From NCBI GenBank assembly GCA_963777605.1, contig CAVZRV010000028.1, positions 1 to 64,000 on the forward strand: a DNA stretch of 64,000 nt, written 5' to 3'. Made by a program: the position numbers and the translations under genes. The stretch's first letter is position 1; each line of letters opens with the position of its first letter. Of the stretch, positions 11,301 to 19,787 are shown piece by piece. This DNA is from an uncultured Acidobacteriota bacterium. GTDB lineage: Bacteria; Acidobacteriota; UBA6911; RPQK01; JAPXNP01. The notes below the pieces were generated by a model. That model was not told the origin of the DNA and made no database searches. It was given only the letters and a program-made list of their open reading frames with translations.

Positions 11301-12067
11301 GCGCCCGGAGGCAACTCGATCTGCTCGGGCTCGTGGCGCAGGGCTCCGCGTGGGCCTTCAAAGACCAGCAGGCGGGCTTCGCCGTCGAGCTCCACTCCAA
11401 CCACGACGTCGGCCAGTCCGTCCCGGCGGTTCACGTCCCCCACGGCCAGGGCCGTCAGCCGACCGGGCAGCTCGATCCGGCGTTGGGGAGCGAAGCTGCC
11501 GTCCCCAAGGCCGGGCAGGAGCACCAGTTCAGTCGACCCCAGGCTGGCAATCAGGACGTCGATTAGACCGTCGGCGTCAAAATCACCCGAATACACCGCA
11601 TCGGGCACCAGGCCGGTCTCGATGACCTGGGCATCGGGAAAAAACGGGCTCTCTTCATCCGACGATGGCCCTGGACTCCCGGCCGTGCGAACCCGCATCC
11701 GCCCCATGACAGCGGGATTTCCACGCTGGAGCGTGAGGAATCCTCCGCCCGTCCGGGCGTAACCGCTGAGGAGATCCGGCGTGCCATCCCCGTCAAAGTC
11801 CGCGGCCGCGATCGATCGCGGGACAGCCGCTCCCGTCTGATGGAGATTTTGGAGCAGGGCACCCCCCTCCGATTCCGGGCTGAGGCGGACATCCACCACG
11901 AGCCCTGCCCCGAATCGAAGCCCTGGAGCCTGGGCGCCAAAGAAGCCGGAAGTGTTCGTCAACGCGTCCGCGTTGCGGATCTGCTGCGACTCGGCTTGGA
12001 GAACCGGGAAGAGGAGGAGGGTTGATGACAACAAGAGACAAAGACTGATGCCGGGCCGGATTCTCAT
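5327..12067 (-). CDS. Giant secreted surface protein: FG-GAP repeats, right-handed beta-helix/CSLREA-like modules, choice-of-anchor U-like domain, two C-terminal Acidobacteria-type domains
   Basis: 2246 aa with signal peptide; DFDGDGTPD and DFDADGLID repeats; CTLRAAIQEAN; GNxIG repeats; NTSEFS; YGPTPDD...FLFDGTTGAE...HFVDGSRGDHDL; duplicated FAQxxDG...TGLAL...ELFP modules. Confidence 0.88.
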   Translation of the reverse strand: MRIRPGISLCLLLSSTLLLFPVLQAESQQIRNADALTNTSGFFGAQAPGLRFGAGLVVDVRLSPESEGGALLQNLHQTGAAVPRSIAAADFDGDGTPDLLSGYARTGGGFLTLQRGNPAVMGRMRVRTAGSPGPSSDEESPFFPDAQVIETGLVPDAVYSGDFDADGLIDVLIASLGSTELVLLPGLGDGSFAPQRRIELPGRLTALAVGDVNRRDGLADVVVGVELDGEARLLVFEGPRGALRHEPEQIELPPGAVIDIALTDLIRGPEIDIVAALENEIVIASGRDRQLTRPVSLRAVESPEITVYPVNIPVAAIAAGDFAGESEPELALLLATGELRILDCSDTEPKVLAGRFTGVRPEGLNSQLNFQGGPTARLTRLKSSTGRHDDLALVSPSTGDLRILLTGVGEAGPLSASGIGGVPGEAWPQAVYLGSGESLAVLPLRINSDGLDDLLVLTATGSSILPTAAGVTLTVNDAGSDYECKQPSNPSGRCTIRGALIYANSHPNDSPFQIEITVKEITLEAIGVGFQDTPYIPPLVVPGPTTINGNGVVIKGKEKARWGAPETGEKSAAFHLFRYGLKDASNSTIREVTLDANGATYGIYIEDVTNVTIESCRFGDEGAIPGGITLINTTNSTIWNNEFHNLSRVGVEIRTTSSGIQVLNNYFGADKSGALPASAKSGLDIGNPAQSCTIQGNQFAGIANTAIKFGRVSGTATGGAHLVLANTIGLNPGQGRSVPNQTGIQNSWHPGCTIGGTSPGQANVIAGNTGAGVRLAALSDGTKLVGNLIGINTTGSTQLGNGEDGVVIAGKDLEIGGTGGAGNIIAFNGTASETAKGVSLSYAGNGNKILGNSIHSNRGLGIGSFSDPTPNDPGDADTGPNNKQNFPVLTRVPNSTDIDLTLDSTPNTTFTIQIFANDACDPTGYGEGQSLLDSFELQTVEDGSGLAFLQGVPEGKFITATATDAAGNTSEFSACSLEADQDPYVVNSTGDDPDENYDPGKSTEEQPFDGICSTGKKADGSDGACNPGIVGDCECTLRAAIQEANDREGKDEIHFQIEVENGQSENAVQLIRPESALPDVADEVSIDGYTQPGSREASASTPALLKIELDGTNAGQGSDGLVLTASDSEVRGLTIHSFDRHGIVLEGSNNQVAGNYLGVDPTGSEIRQPESSLAQIGVWVFNAPENLIGGEDSRDRNLIAGFTIGLQIFGPGASGNEVYGNLFCTDAAGETLISNKMCSASGIYVLQASGNIIGGKKPNIIGGTGIGISISEGEATPSVGNQIQGNLIGTNSVDPQSGRDLGNWVGIAVKANDNLIGGASPGQGNTVAFSPDFQRPPQLEGYPSGGVLLNGKSRGNHIQGNLIRDYPDYGVMVTEEAAHNVIGGPDATFGNTITGNRLGVLIESEMSVGNQILSNRIFGNWGMGISLNHGIRLENDRNDEDGGPNEGQNTLEFSQFGFYNDPIPFVTVDPQGVVARAKLDSLANEEFEVQFFAAYDSELYRNCQGERYLGKRTVSTNLVGNAYVYFRIPSIQLTGMNLITATVTNSSGSTSEFARCAFGATDSDGDGIPDKLEDSGPNGGDSDGNGKLDSTEKNVAVVPAILHPLTASTGLSGVRTDAAELILDNVTTPSFLETYILGFLKDKMPLGWAESRQLLSETSTGSPEASAMAVRQPNQSGTSVLTYYLANGVRVSGFYNYGPTPDDPVDHLYEFLFDGTTGAELFDDRIEVHFVDGSRGDHDLSVNGVIQTLGGPVINSSTFYFAQLGDGLAGNIQFETSLVFENAGGVSPVQVDLADSDGRFLDLEFEGLGSGSLFEFGLAPGEALSTKTPGADPLKVGYARVIGAEGLGGTAIFSRSDAEQGILLYETGVPAARTLSDFSLFVDSLGNRDTGLALAYPRLTGQQQAAASVTLRLYDKSFESIATRELTLSPGEHLARFVRELFPDQAARAAEMEGVVTVESDQPIAAVTLRQNDDPSREFPDEVPTLTAFPVISGRADGETSSIGEEKVFYFAQAADGAVPGIALRTSMIFVNTGEASQLRIELYDSSGSPMALDLGTGQAASVLELELGKGEAISLQSPGTGNLKVGYAKITADSRVGGTAVFTLIDTPTGTLLYEAGVPASEPLADFSLVVDSSGERRTGLALVNPPGGSGSGSAVVTLRLYDQSFSLLAEKQLELAAGEHYARFINEVFPGVEGVTEMLGSLTVHSDVPVAAVTLRETNDPGKDFPDEVPTLSTFPVIPGRGDD

Positions 12068-12631
12068 CTGCTACCTCCAAATCAGATCGTCAGCAATATT
12101 TCCCCGTTTCCGCCGACCTCCTTTCGCAGACTGCACGCCAGCTCGTGAACACTCGTTTGCCCGGCGGAAGATCCTGGAAACTAACCGTAAAGGCATCGCG
12201 GCTGAAAGTAAACACTCACCGCAACAAAGGTGGGATCTTCGGTCGATCGCAGAGTACGCCTCAGAAGTCACCTCACCAGGTAAGGCACCAGACCAGTGAG
12301 CCGAGCGAACAAGAAGATCGGAGTCGCAGAATCGGATTGGTGTTCGCCAGACCTCCAAGAGGCTTCAAGGAAGTCACCAAGTTTGACCAGTCGGGGAGAC
12401 TCAGCGGAGGAGTTCTCGGTCTTTCGGAATGCGGGCGGTCGATTTGAACCTTCAGATAAGAATCTCGTTGCTCCGATAAGGGTCATCGCCGAGCCGGAGA
12501 TCTATCTCGAACCGCTCGAACGCGCTCGACTTCGCCGCACATCAAACCGGGGAGAACGACACTGCTTGCGCATGTGAAACGACGAGCGTGATGCCACGCC
12601 AGGGTGAGCAACACGGGAGACAGTACCCTGG

Positions 12632-13147
12632 TCATCGTCCCTCCGGTTCAGCTTGCGAAAGTCCCATTTGCAGTTCAGGAGGAGAGGACCGATTCAGTGG
12701 CGAATGGATCTCGAGCGTGCATTTCCAGTTCCCCGCCTCGTTTTTGCGCCATGCCGTCAGATACCTGCCCTGAGTCGATCGAGGCGCCGCGTCCGGACCC
12801 GTCATCGAGATCTCATAGGTGCCCACGATGTACCCGATGTCGCCGGCTTTCGAGACCGTCGCTTTCTGCGGTGTCGTCTTCAACGAGAACCCCCGTTGCG
12901 ACCGGTTGTTCGTCACAAACTCGCGGATCGCGTCCTTACCCTCAATCGCCGGCATTCCCGCAGGGATGATCACCGCGTCGTCCGTCCAGTACGAAAACAC
13001 CCGATCCATGTCCCCGGTGCGGACGGATTGAAACCAGGACTTTGCGGTATCGAGCAGGCTCGACTGCTCGGCTTCGACATCCATTCTCGAACCGCAACCC
13101 GCACCCATCAAGATCAAACAGCAAGCAATGCTCAGAAGTTTCCACAT
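12632..13147 (-). CDS. NTF2-like/DUF4440 (YybH-like) lipoprotein
   Basis: RBS ggagga; lipobox-like GAGC; YWTDDAV, GDIGY, GRYLTAWRK...GNWK. Confidence 0.85.
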   Translation of the reverse strand: MWKLLSIACCLILMGAGCGSRMDVEAEQSSLLDTAKSWFQSVRTGDMDRVFSYWTDDAVIIPAGMPAIEGKDAIREFVTNNRSQRGFSLKTTPQKATVSKAGDIGYIVGTYEISMTGPDAAPRSTQGRYLTAWRKNEAGNWKCTLEIHSPLNRSSPPELQMGLSQAEPEGR

Positions 13148-13373
13148 ACTCTCCTCCCAGAATCCCGGGTAGTCACCGAAATGGTCCTGGCTCCCTTATG
13201 GCACTGGATCGACCTCGGCAGTGCGGGAACGACCAAGTTGAGTCGCTCCTCGGCTCAGCGGCAGATTCATGTCGATTGAGCGGGGACACGGAAGCGAGAT
13301 CGAGCGAAGACACCGGCAGCGAAGAACCGGAGGATTCCGACCAGGAGGGCAAGAGAATCAATGAGAGCCGTAG

Positions 13374-13394
13374 TATTACCAATACTGTAATACA
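13374..13394. promoter_or_regulatory. Palindromic operator-like site
   Basis: gtattac-N7-gtaatac, AT-rich within GC-rich surroundings, about 230 bp upstream of the gene starting at 13147. Confidence 0.35.
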
Positions 13395-13535
13395 GAGCAC
13401 AACGAAACGCCAGCTATCCTTCTCGATTCCCGGCCCAGATTGGCGTTCTTGGCGTCTTTGCATTTGAAGCCACCCCGACCCTCCGCGCTGCGGAGATCAT
13501 TCAAAAAGTGAAACTGGTGAAAACCGCCAGATGAG

Positions 13536-13627
13536 CGCGCCAACGGCGCAGGGTCATTTCCAGCCCGGCGGCAACGCCCCGGGAATCGGAGCCAAGACGG
13601 CAATGCAGCACTGAAAGTGCGATTCAG
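13536..13627 (+). repeat. REP-like multi-hairpin element
   Basis: Hairpins gcgccaacggcgc, cccggcggcaacgccccggg, gcactgaaagtgc; a related element lies in opposite orientation at 14013-14099. Confidence 0.55.
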
Positions 13628-13828
13628 TCCCGGTGGCGGACGATTTCAGAAGAACCCGGAAATCAAGAACCCTGGATTGAGAAGGTTCACTTCCGCCGGG
13701 CAAGCTGCCCGGCCGCCATATCAGGCAGGGATGCCTGGATTACTTTCCCTCCAGCTCCGCCGCCGCGCCCTCCGCGGATCATTCAGAGAGTGAAACTGGA
13801 CCTGGCGCTGGAGGCGCCTTGGTTTCAG

Positions 13829-13946
13829 GGGGCTGTTGCAAAACTCCAAAAAGGCCCAATTTAGGTACCACATATAGGGAGGCCGTCCTACTGAACCCAA
13901 GATATGGGGTACGTTTTGCGGTCCAAACGACTTTTGCAACAGCCCC
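13829..13946. mobile_element. MITE with perfect 15-bp terminal inverted repeats
   Basis: ggggctgttgcaaaa...ttttgcaacagcccc; 118 bp, non-coding; flanks tcag/tctg. Confidence 0.85.
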
Positions 13947-14012
13947 TCTGTGGTCCCGGCAAGGCGATCGCGGCCTGTAAGGTCGCGCCGATTCTTCACG
14001 TCCGGAGAGCTG

Positions 14013-14099
14013 TGCCGCCCTTTCAGGGCTGGATTCTTGATGGGGGAACCGTATACCCAGGCAAATGCCTGGGCTGGAAACAGGCCCCCTTCAGGGGCC
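14013..14099 (-). repeat. REP-like multi-hairpin element
   Basis: Hairpins gccctttcagggc, cccaggcaaatgcctggg, gcccccttcaggggc. Confidence 0.55.
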
Positions 14100-14327
14100 C
14101 GCCCGGCGCCGATCCCGTGATCATCACTCATCCACGTCTGGCACCAGACCAGGAACCAGGTTCCAGCCGATAATTGCGTCCCTGGCTCTCCACCGATCGC
14201 CCGAATCTCCGTCCAGACGCATCCAATTCGTCCAGGTTCTTCAACTCATCCCAAATGAAGTTTCAGGTCAGTCGGGCCCCCGGCGGCGCCGGACCATTCA
14301 GAGAGTGAAACTGCCCCGACTGGATTG

Positions 14328-14418
14328 AACCGCAAAGACGCAAAGAGAGCTAAAGAACTCTCTTGTTCAATGCAATCATGCTCTTGGCGAACTTCGCGAA
14401 CTTCGCGGCTTCGCGTTT
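14328..14418. repeat. Inverted pair of ~9-bp periodic repeats (cgcaaaga type)
   Basis: aaccgcaaagacgcaaagagagctaaag...cttggcgaacttcgcgaacttcgcggcttcgcgttt; a related tract is at 13440-13461. Confidence 0.5.
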
Positions 14419-14476
14419 CAAATGTACGACCGGCAATGGCGATGCCGGTCGGCTGCCGCGTTAACCCACGGGAATG

Positions 14477-15286
14477 TCATCGGGATCGCACGTCCCGGAC
14501 AAGGCGAAACCCGAGGCTGAAGCCGTCGTCCTGGGGTCGGTGCGTGTAGCGCGAACCGCTGCGGGCACTGTCCGCCCCGAAGTACCAGCTCCCGCCCCGG
14601 ATCACACGCAGTTCGCCGGTATCCGGCCCCCGGGGATCGCGCACCGCAGCGGTCGGGTATGGCGCATACCAGTCGCTGCACCACTCCCAGACATTGCCGT
14701 GCATGTCATAGAAGCCCCAGGCGTTGGGATGATAACTGCCCACGGGCACGGTGGATTCGAGGTAGGTGCTCAGTGCGCCCCCGTCATAGGGATAACGTCC
14801 GTCGAAATTGGCGTCTGCCGTTGAGAGCGTGCTCCCGGTTGAGAACGGAGTCTGGGTCCCCGCACGGCAGGCGTACTCCCACTCGGCCTCGGTCGGCAGT
14901 CGAAACCGATTTCCCGGCGAGCGCTTTTCCAACTGTCGAATGAACTCCTGAATTCTCTGATAACTGACCTTTTCAACGGGACAACGGGGGCCACAGTCCG
15001 CGAAATTACTGGAATTCTCGCCCATCACCGTAGCCCATTCCTGCTGGGTCACTTCGTACCGCCCCAGGTAGAATCCCTGCGTCAGATGGACCTCGTGGAG
15101 GGTCTCATCCGATCTCCTCTCGGGCTCTTCAAGGGACGTACCCATCAAGAAGGTACCGGGGCGGACGTAAATGAATTCCATCCCGGTCAGCGGTTCCCGC
15201 CACTCCGAAGGGGGTGCAGAAGAACAGGCGATAAGCAACAAACCTGCAGCCAGAGCGAGTGTCAGGCGCAATTGGGACTCCTTCAT
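14477..15286 (-). CDS. Formylglycine-generating enzyme (FGE-sulfatase domain) family lipoprotein
   Basis: GTFLMG, YEVTQ, RLPTEAEWEYACRAG, NAWGFYDMHGNVWEW, RGGSW, GFRLV; lipobox LIAC. Confidence 0.93.
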   Translation of the reverse strand: MKESQLRLTLALAAGLLLIACSSAPPSEWREPLTGMEFIYVRPGTFLMGTSLEEPERRSDETLHEVHLTQGFYLGRYEVTQQEWATVMGENSSNFADCGPRCPVEKVSYQRIQEFIRQLEKRSPGNRFRLPTEAEWEYACRAGTQTPFSTGSTLSTADANFDGRYPYDGGALSTYLESTVPVGSYHPNAWGFYDMHGNVWEWCSDWYAPYPTAAVRDPRGPDTGELRVIRGGSWYFGADSARSGSRYTHRPQDDGFSLGFRLVRDVRSR

Positions 15287-15399
15287 AAGACTAGCTCGAC
15301 GATTTTACCGAACTCGTTATAGTCTGCCCTATGAGCAAGATCGGGTAATATCTTCGTCACTTACTCGGGCCGTCACTGAAATTGGCAACAGGGAAGGCT

Positions 15400-15600
15400 T
15401 TGCCAACCGTATTCTGGATTCTCCCGATGGGTTTCCGGATTGCGTCACAGTGGTTCTCAGCAGGGACGGAGCCTGTCTTTCAGGTTATGTCCGTTACCCT
15501 GATGGCAAGCCGGTCGAGGAAGTCTTCGGGGTTCTTCGAGCGCCGGAGAGAAGAAGGCAATACAAGAACTTCCAAGGAGCGGACGGCCGGTCCGAAGCTC
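15400..15600 (+). pseudogene. Probable carboxypeptidase-regulatory-like domain remnant
   Basis: VVLSRDGACLSGYVRYPDGKPV...ADGR; ends shortly before the motif at 15655. Confidence 0.35.
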
Positions 15601-16058
15601 CCACATCGACTCCCTGGATCTGCACAAGCCTGCCCTTCCCTATATCCGAGAATCAGTCTGTCCCCTTCTCCATCCCAAAAGGTGTCCCGAGTCCGGTCGG
15701 CAAAGCAGTGATTGGCGGTGTAATTCGTCGGGAGTGGCGAAGGCGTTACCGCTGCCGGGCTGGGTGGCCTGAGGAAGCTTTCGCTTCCTTGCCGGGTCGG
15801 TGCCGTTTTGTGTTGGGGTAAAAGCTGAACCCTTCGATTCAGCACTCCAAATGAAGTGTCGTGGCGGCCCTGGGTGGGTGGCTGATTAGATCAGACAACC
15901 TCGGAGTCCATCATCGCTGACCTTAGACCGGCGACCGGCCATGTACAAACACCAGATCCAGGGTCTGCCGGTTCCCTGGACACGGTCGCGTCCCTTGTGC
16001 CTGTCCCACACGGCTGTGGTATTGATAGAGGTTGCAGCGCATAGTCGTTAGGGTTTCT

Positions 16059-17048
16059 ATGGAAGCCATCAACAAACCAGCAGCACCTCCGACGTCAAGA
16101 TGCCCCCTTTGCGGGGCTTCCGACCGGAAGTTGGAGTTTAAGAAAAAAGGATGGCTCTATTGGCGGTGCACGTGTGGTCACGTCTACGTCGATCCGTTGC
16201 CGTCCCCAGCCGAAACTGAGAAGCTCTATGACCAGTCCTACTCCGACCAGCAATTGGAACAATCCCGGGCGTGGTTCGAGGTCCTCGCCCGAAATCGAAC
16301 CGAACTGCTTGAGCAGGAATGGGGACGACGCCCCAGAGGCCGCCTCCTTGATGCGGGTTGCGGGTATGGCTTTTTCCTGAAGGAAGCCCGGAACCGGGGC
16401 TGGACGGTACGGGGCATCGACTACTCTGGGCATCCGCTCGAATATGCTCGGGAGATGTTCGGCTTGGGGATTGTCGCCGAGGAACTTGAAACCGCGTTCT
16501 CCGGGCTTTCCGACGATTCGGTCGATGTGGTCACCTTCTGGCACGTTCTGGAACACTTGGACCGGCCGGGATTGATACTGGACCGGGTAGTCGGAGCCCT
16601 CAAGCCTGGAGGACTTCTGATCCTCAACTCCCCGAACCTGGATTCGATGATCTACCGGCTTGTCGGTCGCCATTGGAACTGGATCTACACTCCCGGGCAT
16701 GTGCAATACTTCTCACTGGACAGCATCCAAAAGGCACTCGAAGCCCGGGGACTGACCGTTCAGCGGCGAGAGACCTGGACGCACGCTCCCAATCTCTTCT
16801 TCCTGGTGGAGGATTCTCTGCTTCTTGCCGTCTGTGACGGTCTGCAGTCTGTCCGCTCGGCTCCGGTGCAAAAGCAGGAGCGGCGCCTGCGAGCCTTCGC
16901 CTATTCGCCGTTTCATCAGCAGGTCATCCAGCTCAGGCTCTTCAAGCCTTTGTACGACCGGGTCTCCGTCCTCGACCGGCGGTTGCGAAAAAGGCATTTG
17001 GGTCACGAATTCCTGCTCGTGGCTCGTAAAGGCGACAAAACAAATTGA
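16059..17048 (+). CDS. Class I SAM-dependent methyltransferase with N-terminal zinc ribbon
   Basis: CPLC...CTC; LLDAGCGYG; DVVTFWHVLEHL; LKPGG. Confidence 0.92.
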   Translation: MEAINKPAAPPTSRCPLCGASDRKLEFKKKGWLYWRCTCGHVYVDPLPSPAETEKLYDQSYSDQQLEQSRAWFEVLARNRTELLEQEWGRRPRGRLLDAGCGYGFFLKEARNRGWTVRGIDYSGHPLEYAREMFGLGIVAEELETAFSGLSDDSVDVVTFWHVLEHLDRPGLILDRVVGALKPGGLLILNSPNLDSMIYRLVGRHWNWIYTPGHVQYFSLDSIQKALEARGLTVQRRETWTHAPNLFFLVEDSLLLAVCDGLQSVRSAPVQKQERRLRAFAYSPFHQQVIQLRLFKPLYDRVSVLDRRLRKRHLGHEFLLVARKGDKTN

Positions 17049-17123
17049 ATTCCTCGGAGCGCTTCACGATACTGTACCAAGGCGACGGATGGGGGAGACC
17101 GCCTTCAAGGGAGAGTTTCTGCG

Positions 17124-17382
17124 ATGCTCGCAGTTCGGATTTCTCTTCTGATGTTTCCCCTGTTGGTTTTTGGGAATGGAGCCGCTCTTTCAGGCGCAAC
17201 TCCATTTCTCGGATTTTGTCTACAATTACGGCCCTGCTGCCAAGCTAACGCTCCAGGCCACTCCAGGATCGGGCCAATCGGGGGAAGTGACGGTTCCTGT
17301 TGGTGGCCAGGTCTCGAAATTCGTGACCGAACTCTGTCCCGAGCTGCGCGAAGAAGGCTTTGGGACAAACTCAGCCTTCTGA
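17124..17382 (+). pseudogene. Remnant of Acidobacteria-type secreted domain protein
   Basis: Signal-like start, then VPVGGQVSKFVTELCP in another frame. Confidence 0.4.
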
Positions 17383-17446
17383 GATCCGATTCAGTTCCTC
17401 AAGGCGAGTTTTCCCGTGTGGGCCGATACGGTCGGAGGGAGCACCT

Positions 17447-18262
17447 ATGAGACGCTACCCGGCTCTTCTTTCTGTTCCTTTCTTCGTAACTCAGCTTTTC
17501 GTGTCTTTTCTCTTGATCCAGTCGGAAGATGCTGTGGCTCAAACGGAGATTTTGGTCCCCCAGGTGGTCGACGGAGAAGACCGGGAGTCTCCGGCGGGCA
17601 CGAGATTCGAGTTTACGACCGAGTTCTTTGTTGAGAATCTGTCCGATCAGTGGATCGCAGTGGGGATGGTTCTGACCACCGATGACGGCGAACCAATGGA
17701 GCGATTTCTGAAGTCAGCTGGGCCGGGAGGTTTCAGCGTGAGTAACGAGGCCCACTTCATTCTCGAGCCGCACGGGTCAACGATTGCTGCCACGATAGGC
17801 GTCGGATTCCCAGGCCTGCGGCAGGTCGGATGGGCCCGGATAACCGCGAACGGCCCAATCGGGTTGGTCACCAATCTCAAGTACTACGAGGCGTCCGGAA
17901 GCAGTCGATACTTGTCCTCCGCAGGAGTCATTGTCGATCCTCCGGCAAAAGCGTTCTCGAGCGTCGTCAGAGTCCTGCCGGGGAACTCGACCGGGATCGC
18001 CATTCTCAATTCTTCTGATTCAGAACCAGCATCCGTGAGCTTCCTGTTGAGGGATCATGACGGCAAGGAGGTTGACTCGGTGACACTTAAGATTCCCGCT
18101 CACGGAAAGATCGCACAATTCCTGGATGAGGAAGGGCTTTTCCCTGGGACGCACCTTCAAGTCGGTTCGCTGTTCATGACGTCAGACGTCCCACTTTCTC
18201 TGATCATCATTCATGTCGAAGGAGAGTCGTGGACGGTCTTTCGTCCGATCGTTCGAGAGTGA
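17447..18262 (+). CDS. Secreted protein consisting of one Acidobacteria-type domain
   Basis: RBS ggaggg; signal peptide; VPQVVDG, VGWARI, STGIAILN, KIAQFLDE..FP, GSL..SDVP. Confidence 0.8.
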   Translation: MRRYPALLSVPFFVTQLFVSFLLIQSEDAVAQTEILVPQVVDGEDRESPAGTRFEFTTEFFVENLSDQWIAVGMVLTTDDGEPMERFLKSAGPGGFSVSNEAHFILEPHGSTIAATIGVGFPGLRQVGWARITANGPIGLVTNLKYYEASGSSRYLSSAGVIVDPPAKAFSSVVRVLPGNSTGIAILNSSDSEPASVSFLLRDHDGKEVDSVTLKIPAHGKIAQFLDEEGLFPGTHLQVGSLFMTSDVPLSLIIIHVEGESWTVFRPIVRE

Positions 18263-18772
18263 ATGCCTCGAGCATTTCTCCTGTCTGTTCCAGGCCCACC
18301 GGTAAACACGATCTCAATCCGGAATCCAGGGGGTTGAAGTCCAACTTCGTTCCAAACCAGACTACACACCCCCTCTGATCGATGAAGGTGGATGGAGGAT
18401 CTACCCGTGGACCACGTTCCACCTTCCTGAGGGCGAATCAAAAAAGAAGAACAATGTCGCCATAAAGAAGAGCCGGAAGGAACTCAGGGAAGAATCGAAA
18501 CCGGACATGCTTCCCCACAGTCGTGGGTAGCGTCGGGTTGGTCTGCTGTGGGTACGCATTTCCGCTTTCGCCTGGACTTCCCTGAGCCTCGTGTGACCCT
18601 TCCGGCCTGGTTGGCTCCGGGTTCTCCTTCAAGACTAAGGTCCGACCGGCCACCTCTCCGACAACTCTTCATGTCCCTGAGTCTGGTCCACGGGACAATG
18701 ATCGTCCAACGAAGGACGGTCGTAGGGGGGCAATTTGCTGGATATCGAGGCCTTTGTGTTCGTGAGGATGGC

Positions 18773-19519
18773 CTATCCAGGAGATTGCCAGGTTCTGATC
18801 GCCTCAATCGGGTGAATCAACATGATGATATTGATTATCAGGCTGTCGTGAATCCAGAGAATCAGGAGCGTTTCGACCACGAGTACGACCACAACCGAGG
18901 CCCAGGCGGGAATCAGGAAAGCAATCAGATAGCCGCTTGCACAGGCGAGAATATCCCCCATCGAGTTGACGATACTGTCCCCGTAGTAGCCGAGTGCGAT
19001 CGTTCCGTCCCGGTACCGCTCGATTACGGTTGGCGTGTTTTCGATAACTTCCCAAAGGCTCTCCAGGCCGACCATAACGACAGCCCGGGTTGCAGCGCTG
19101 GTTGATCGGCCCACAAGTAGCCACAGCAGGGCATAGAACCCGATTCCATGGAGAACATGGGTGAAAGTGTAGGGATCGAGAAAATGCTGGGAATTATGCC
19201 GGCTGTAGATGTCGCCCGACCAGATTCCGAGGTCGCCCGCTTCGCAGAACCACGGCCTCCCCATCAGGTCCAGGATCACAGCTGCAGCCACCAGAATGGC
19301 CAGCGAAACTATCACCTGGCGCAGGGGAAAGATTTTGAAGAGAGAGCTCCGCTTCTGCACGGAAGGATTCTCCCCGGCGGTGTCGCTCGTACCACCTTGA
19401 TCCGGCCTGTGTCGGGAAGCTTCCCCAGATTCTTGCATCATTCTTTGCGTGCGCAGTGGAGCATCGAGTCTACCACCGAGCCGCCGAATGCTCATCCGGG
19501 ACTCGATCAGAAGGGCCAA
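18773..19519 (-). CDS. DUF2585 (UPF0314) membrane protein; true start probably further downstream
   Basis: MGRPWFC, SRHNSQHFLDPYTFTHVLHG, WEVIENTP, GYYGDSIVNS. Confidence 0.9.
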   Translation of the reverse strand: MALLIESRMSIRRLGGRLDAPLRTQRMMQESGEASRHRPDQGGTSDTAGENPSVQKRSSLFKIFPLRQVIVSLAILVAAAVILDLMGRPWFCEAGDLGIWSGDIYSRHNSQHFLDPYTFTHVLHGIGFYALLWLLVGRSTSAATRAVVMVGLESLWEVIENTPTVIERYRDGTIALGYYGDSIVNSMGDILACASGYLIAFLIPAWASVVVVLVVETLLILWIHDSLIINIIMLIHPIEAIRTWQSPG

Positions 19520-19583
19520 TTTGTAGCGTGAAATCGTCCGTGTTGAGGATAATACAGGAACGAGAACGGAGGCTTTCCCTTCA

Positions 19584-19787
19584 TTACTTACCCTGCCGCC
19601 GACACTCCGGAAAACCGGATTCTTCCGGTGCTGGACCTGGAAGGAGGCCTATGTCAAAGCTGAAAGGGACAGGCTGCTTTTCGACTTCGATCGGCAGGTT
19701 TTGTTCGATCCCCTGGTAGACTTGTGGCTGGCCCGACTGAACGGCAAACGCCCATGCAATCAGCAGACCAAGCGCCACGACGTTCAC
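19584..19787 (-). pseudogene. Truncated secreted-protein gene ending at a GGGACAG motif
   Basis: Start overlaps the upstream stop; signal peptide; runs into KQPVPFS, which is the motif at 19666. Confidence 0.5.

Noticed and set aside
5447-11762. Several long plus-strand ORFs over the giant gene
   Set aside because: GC-rich antisense shadows of the 2246-aa CDS.
13440-14420. Possible CRISPR array
   Set aside because: Only three imperfect repeats with long irregular spacing and no cas genes.
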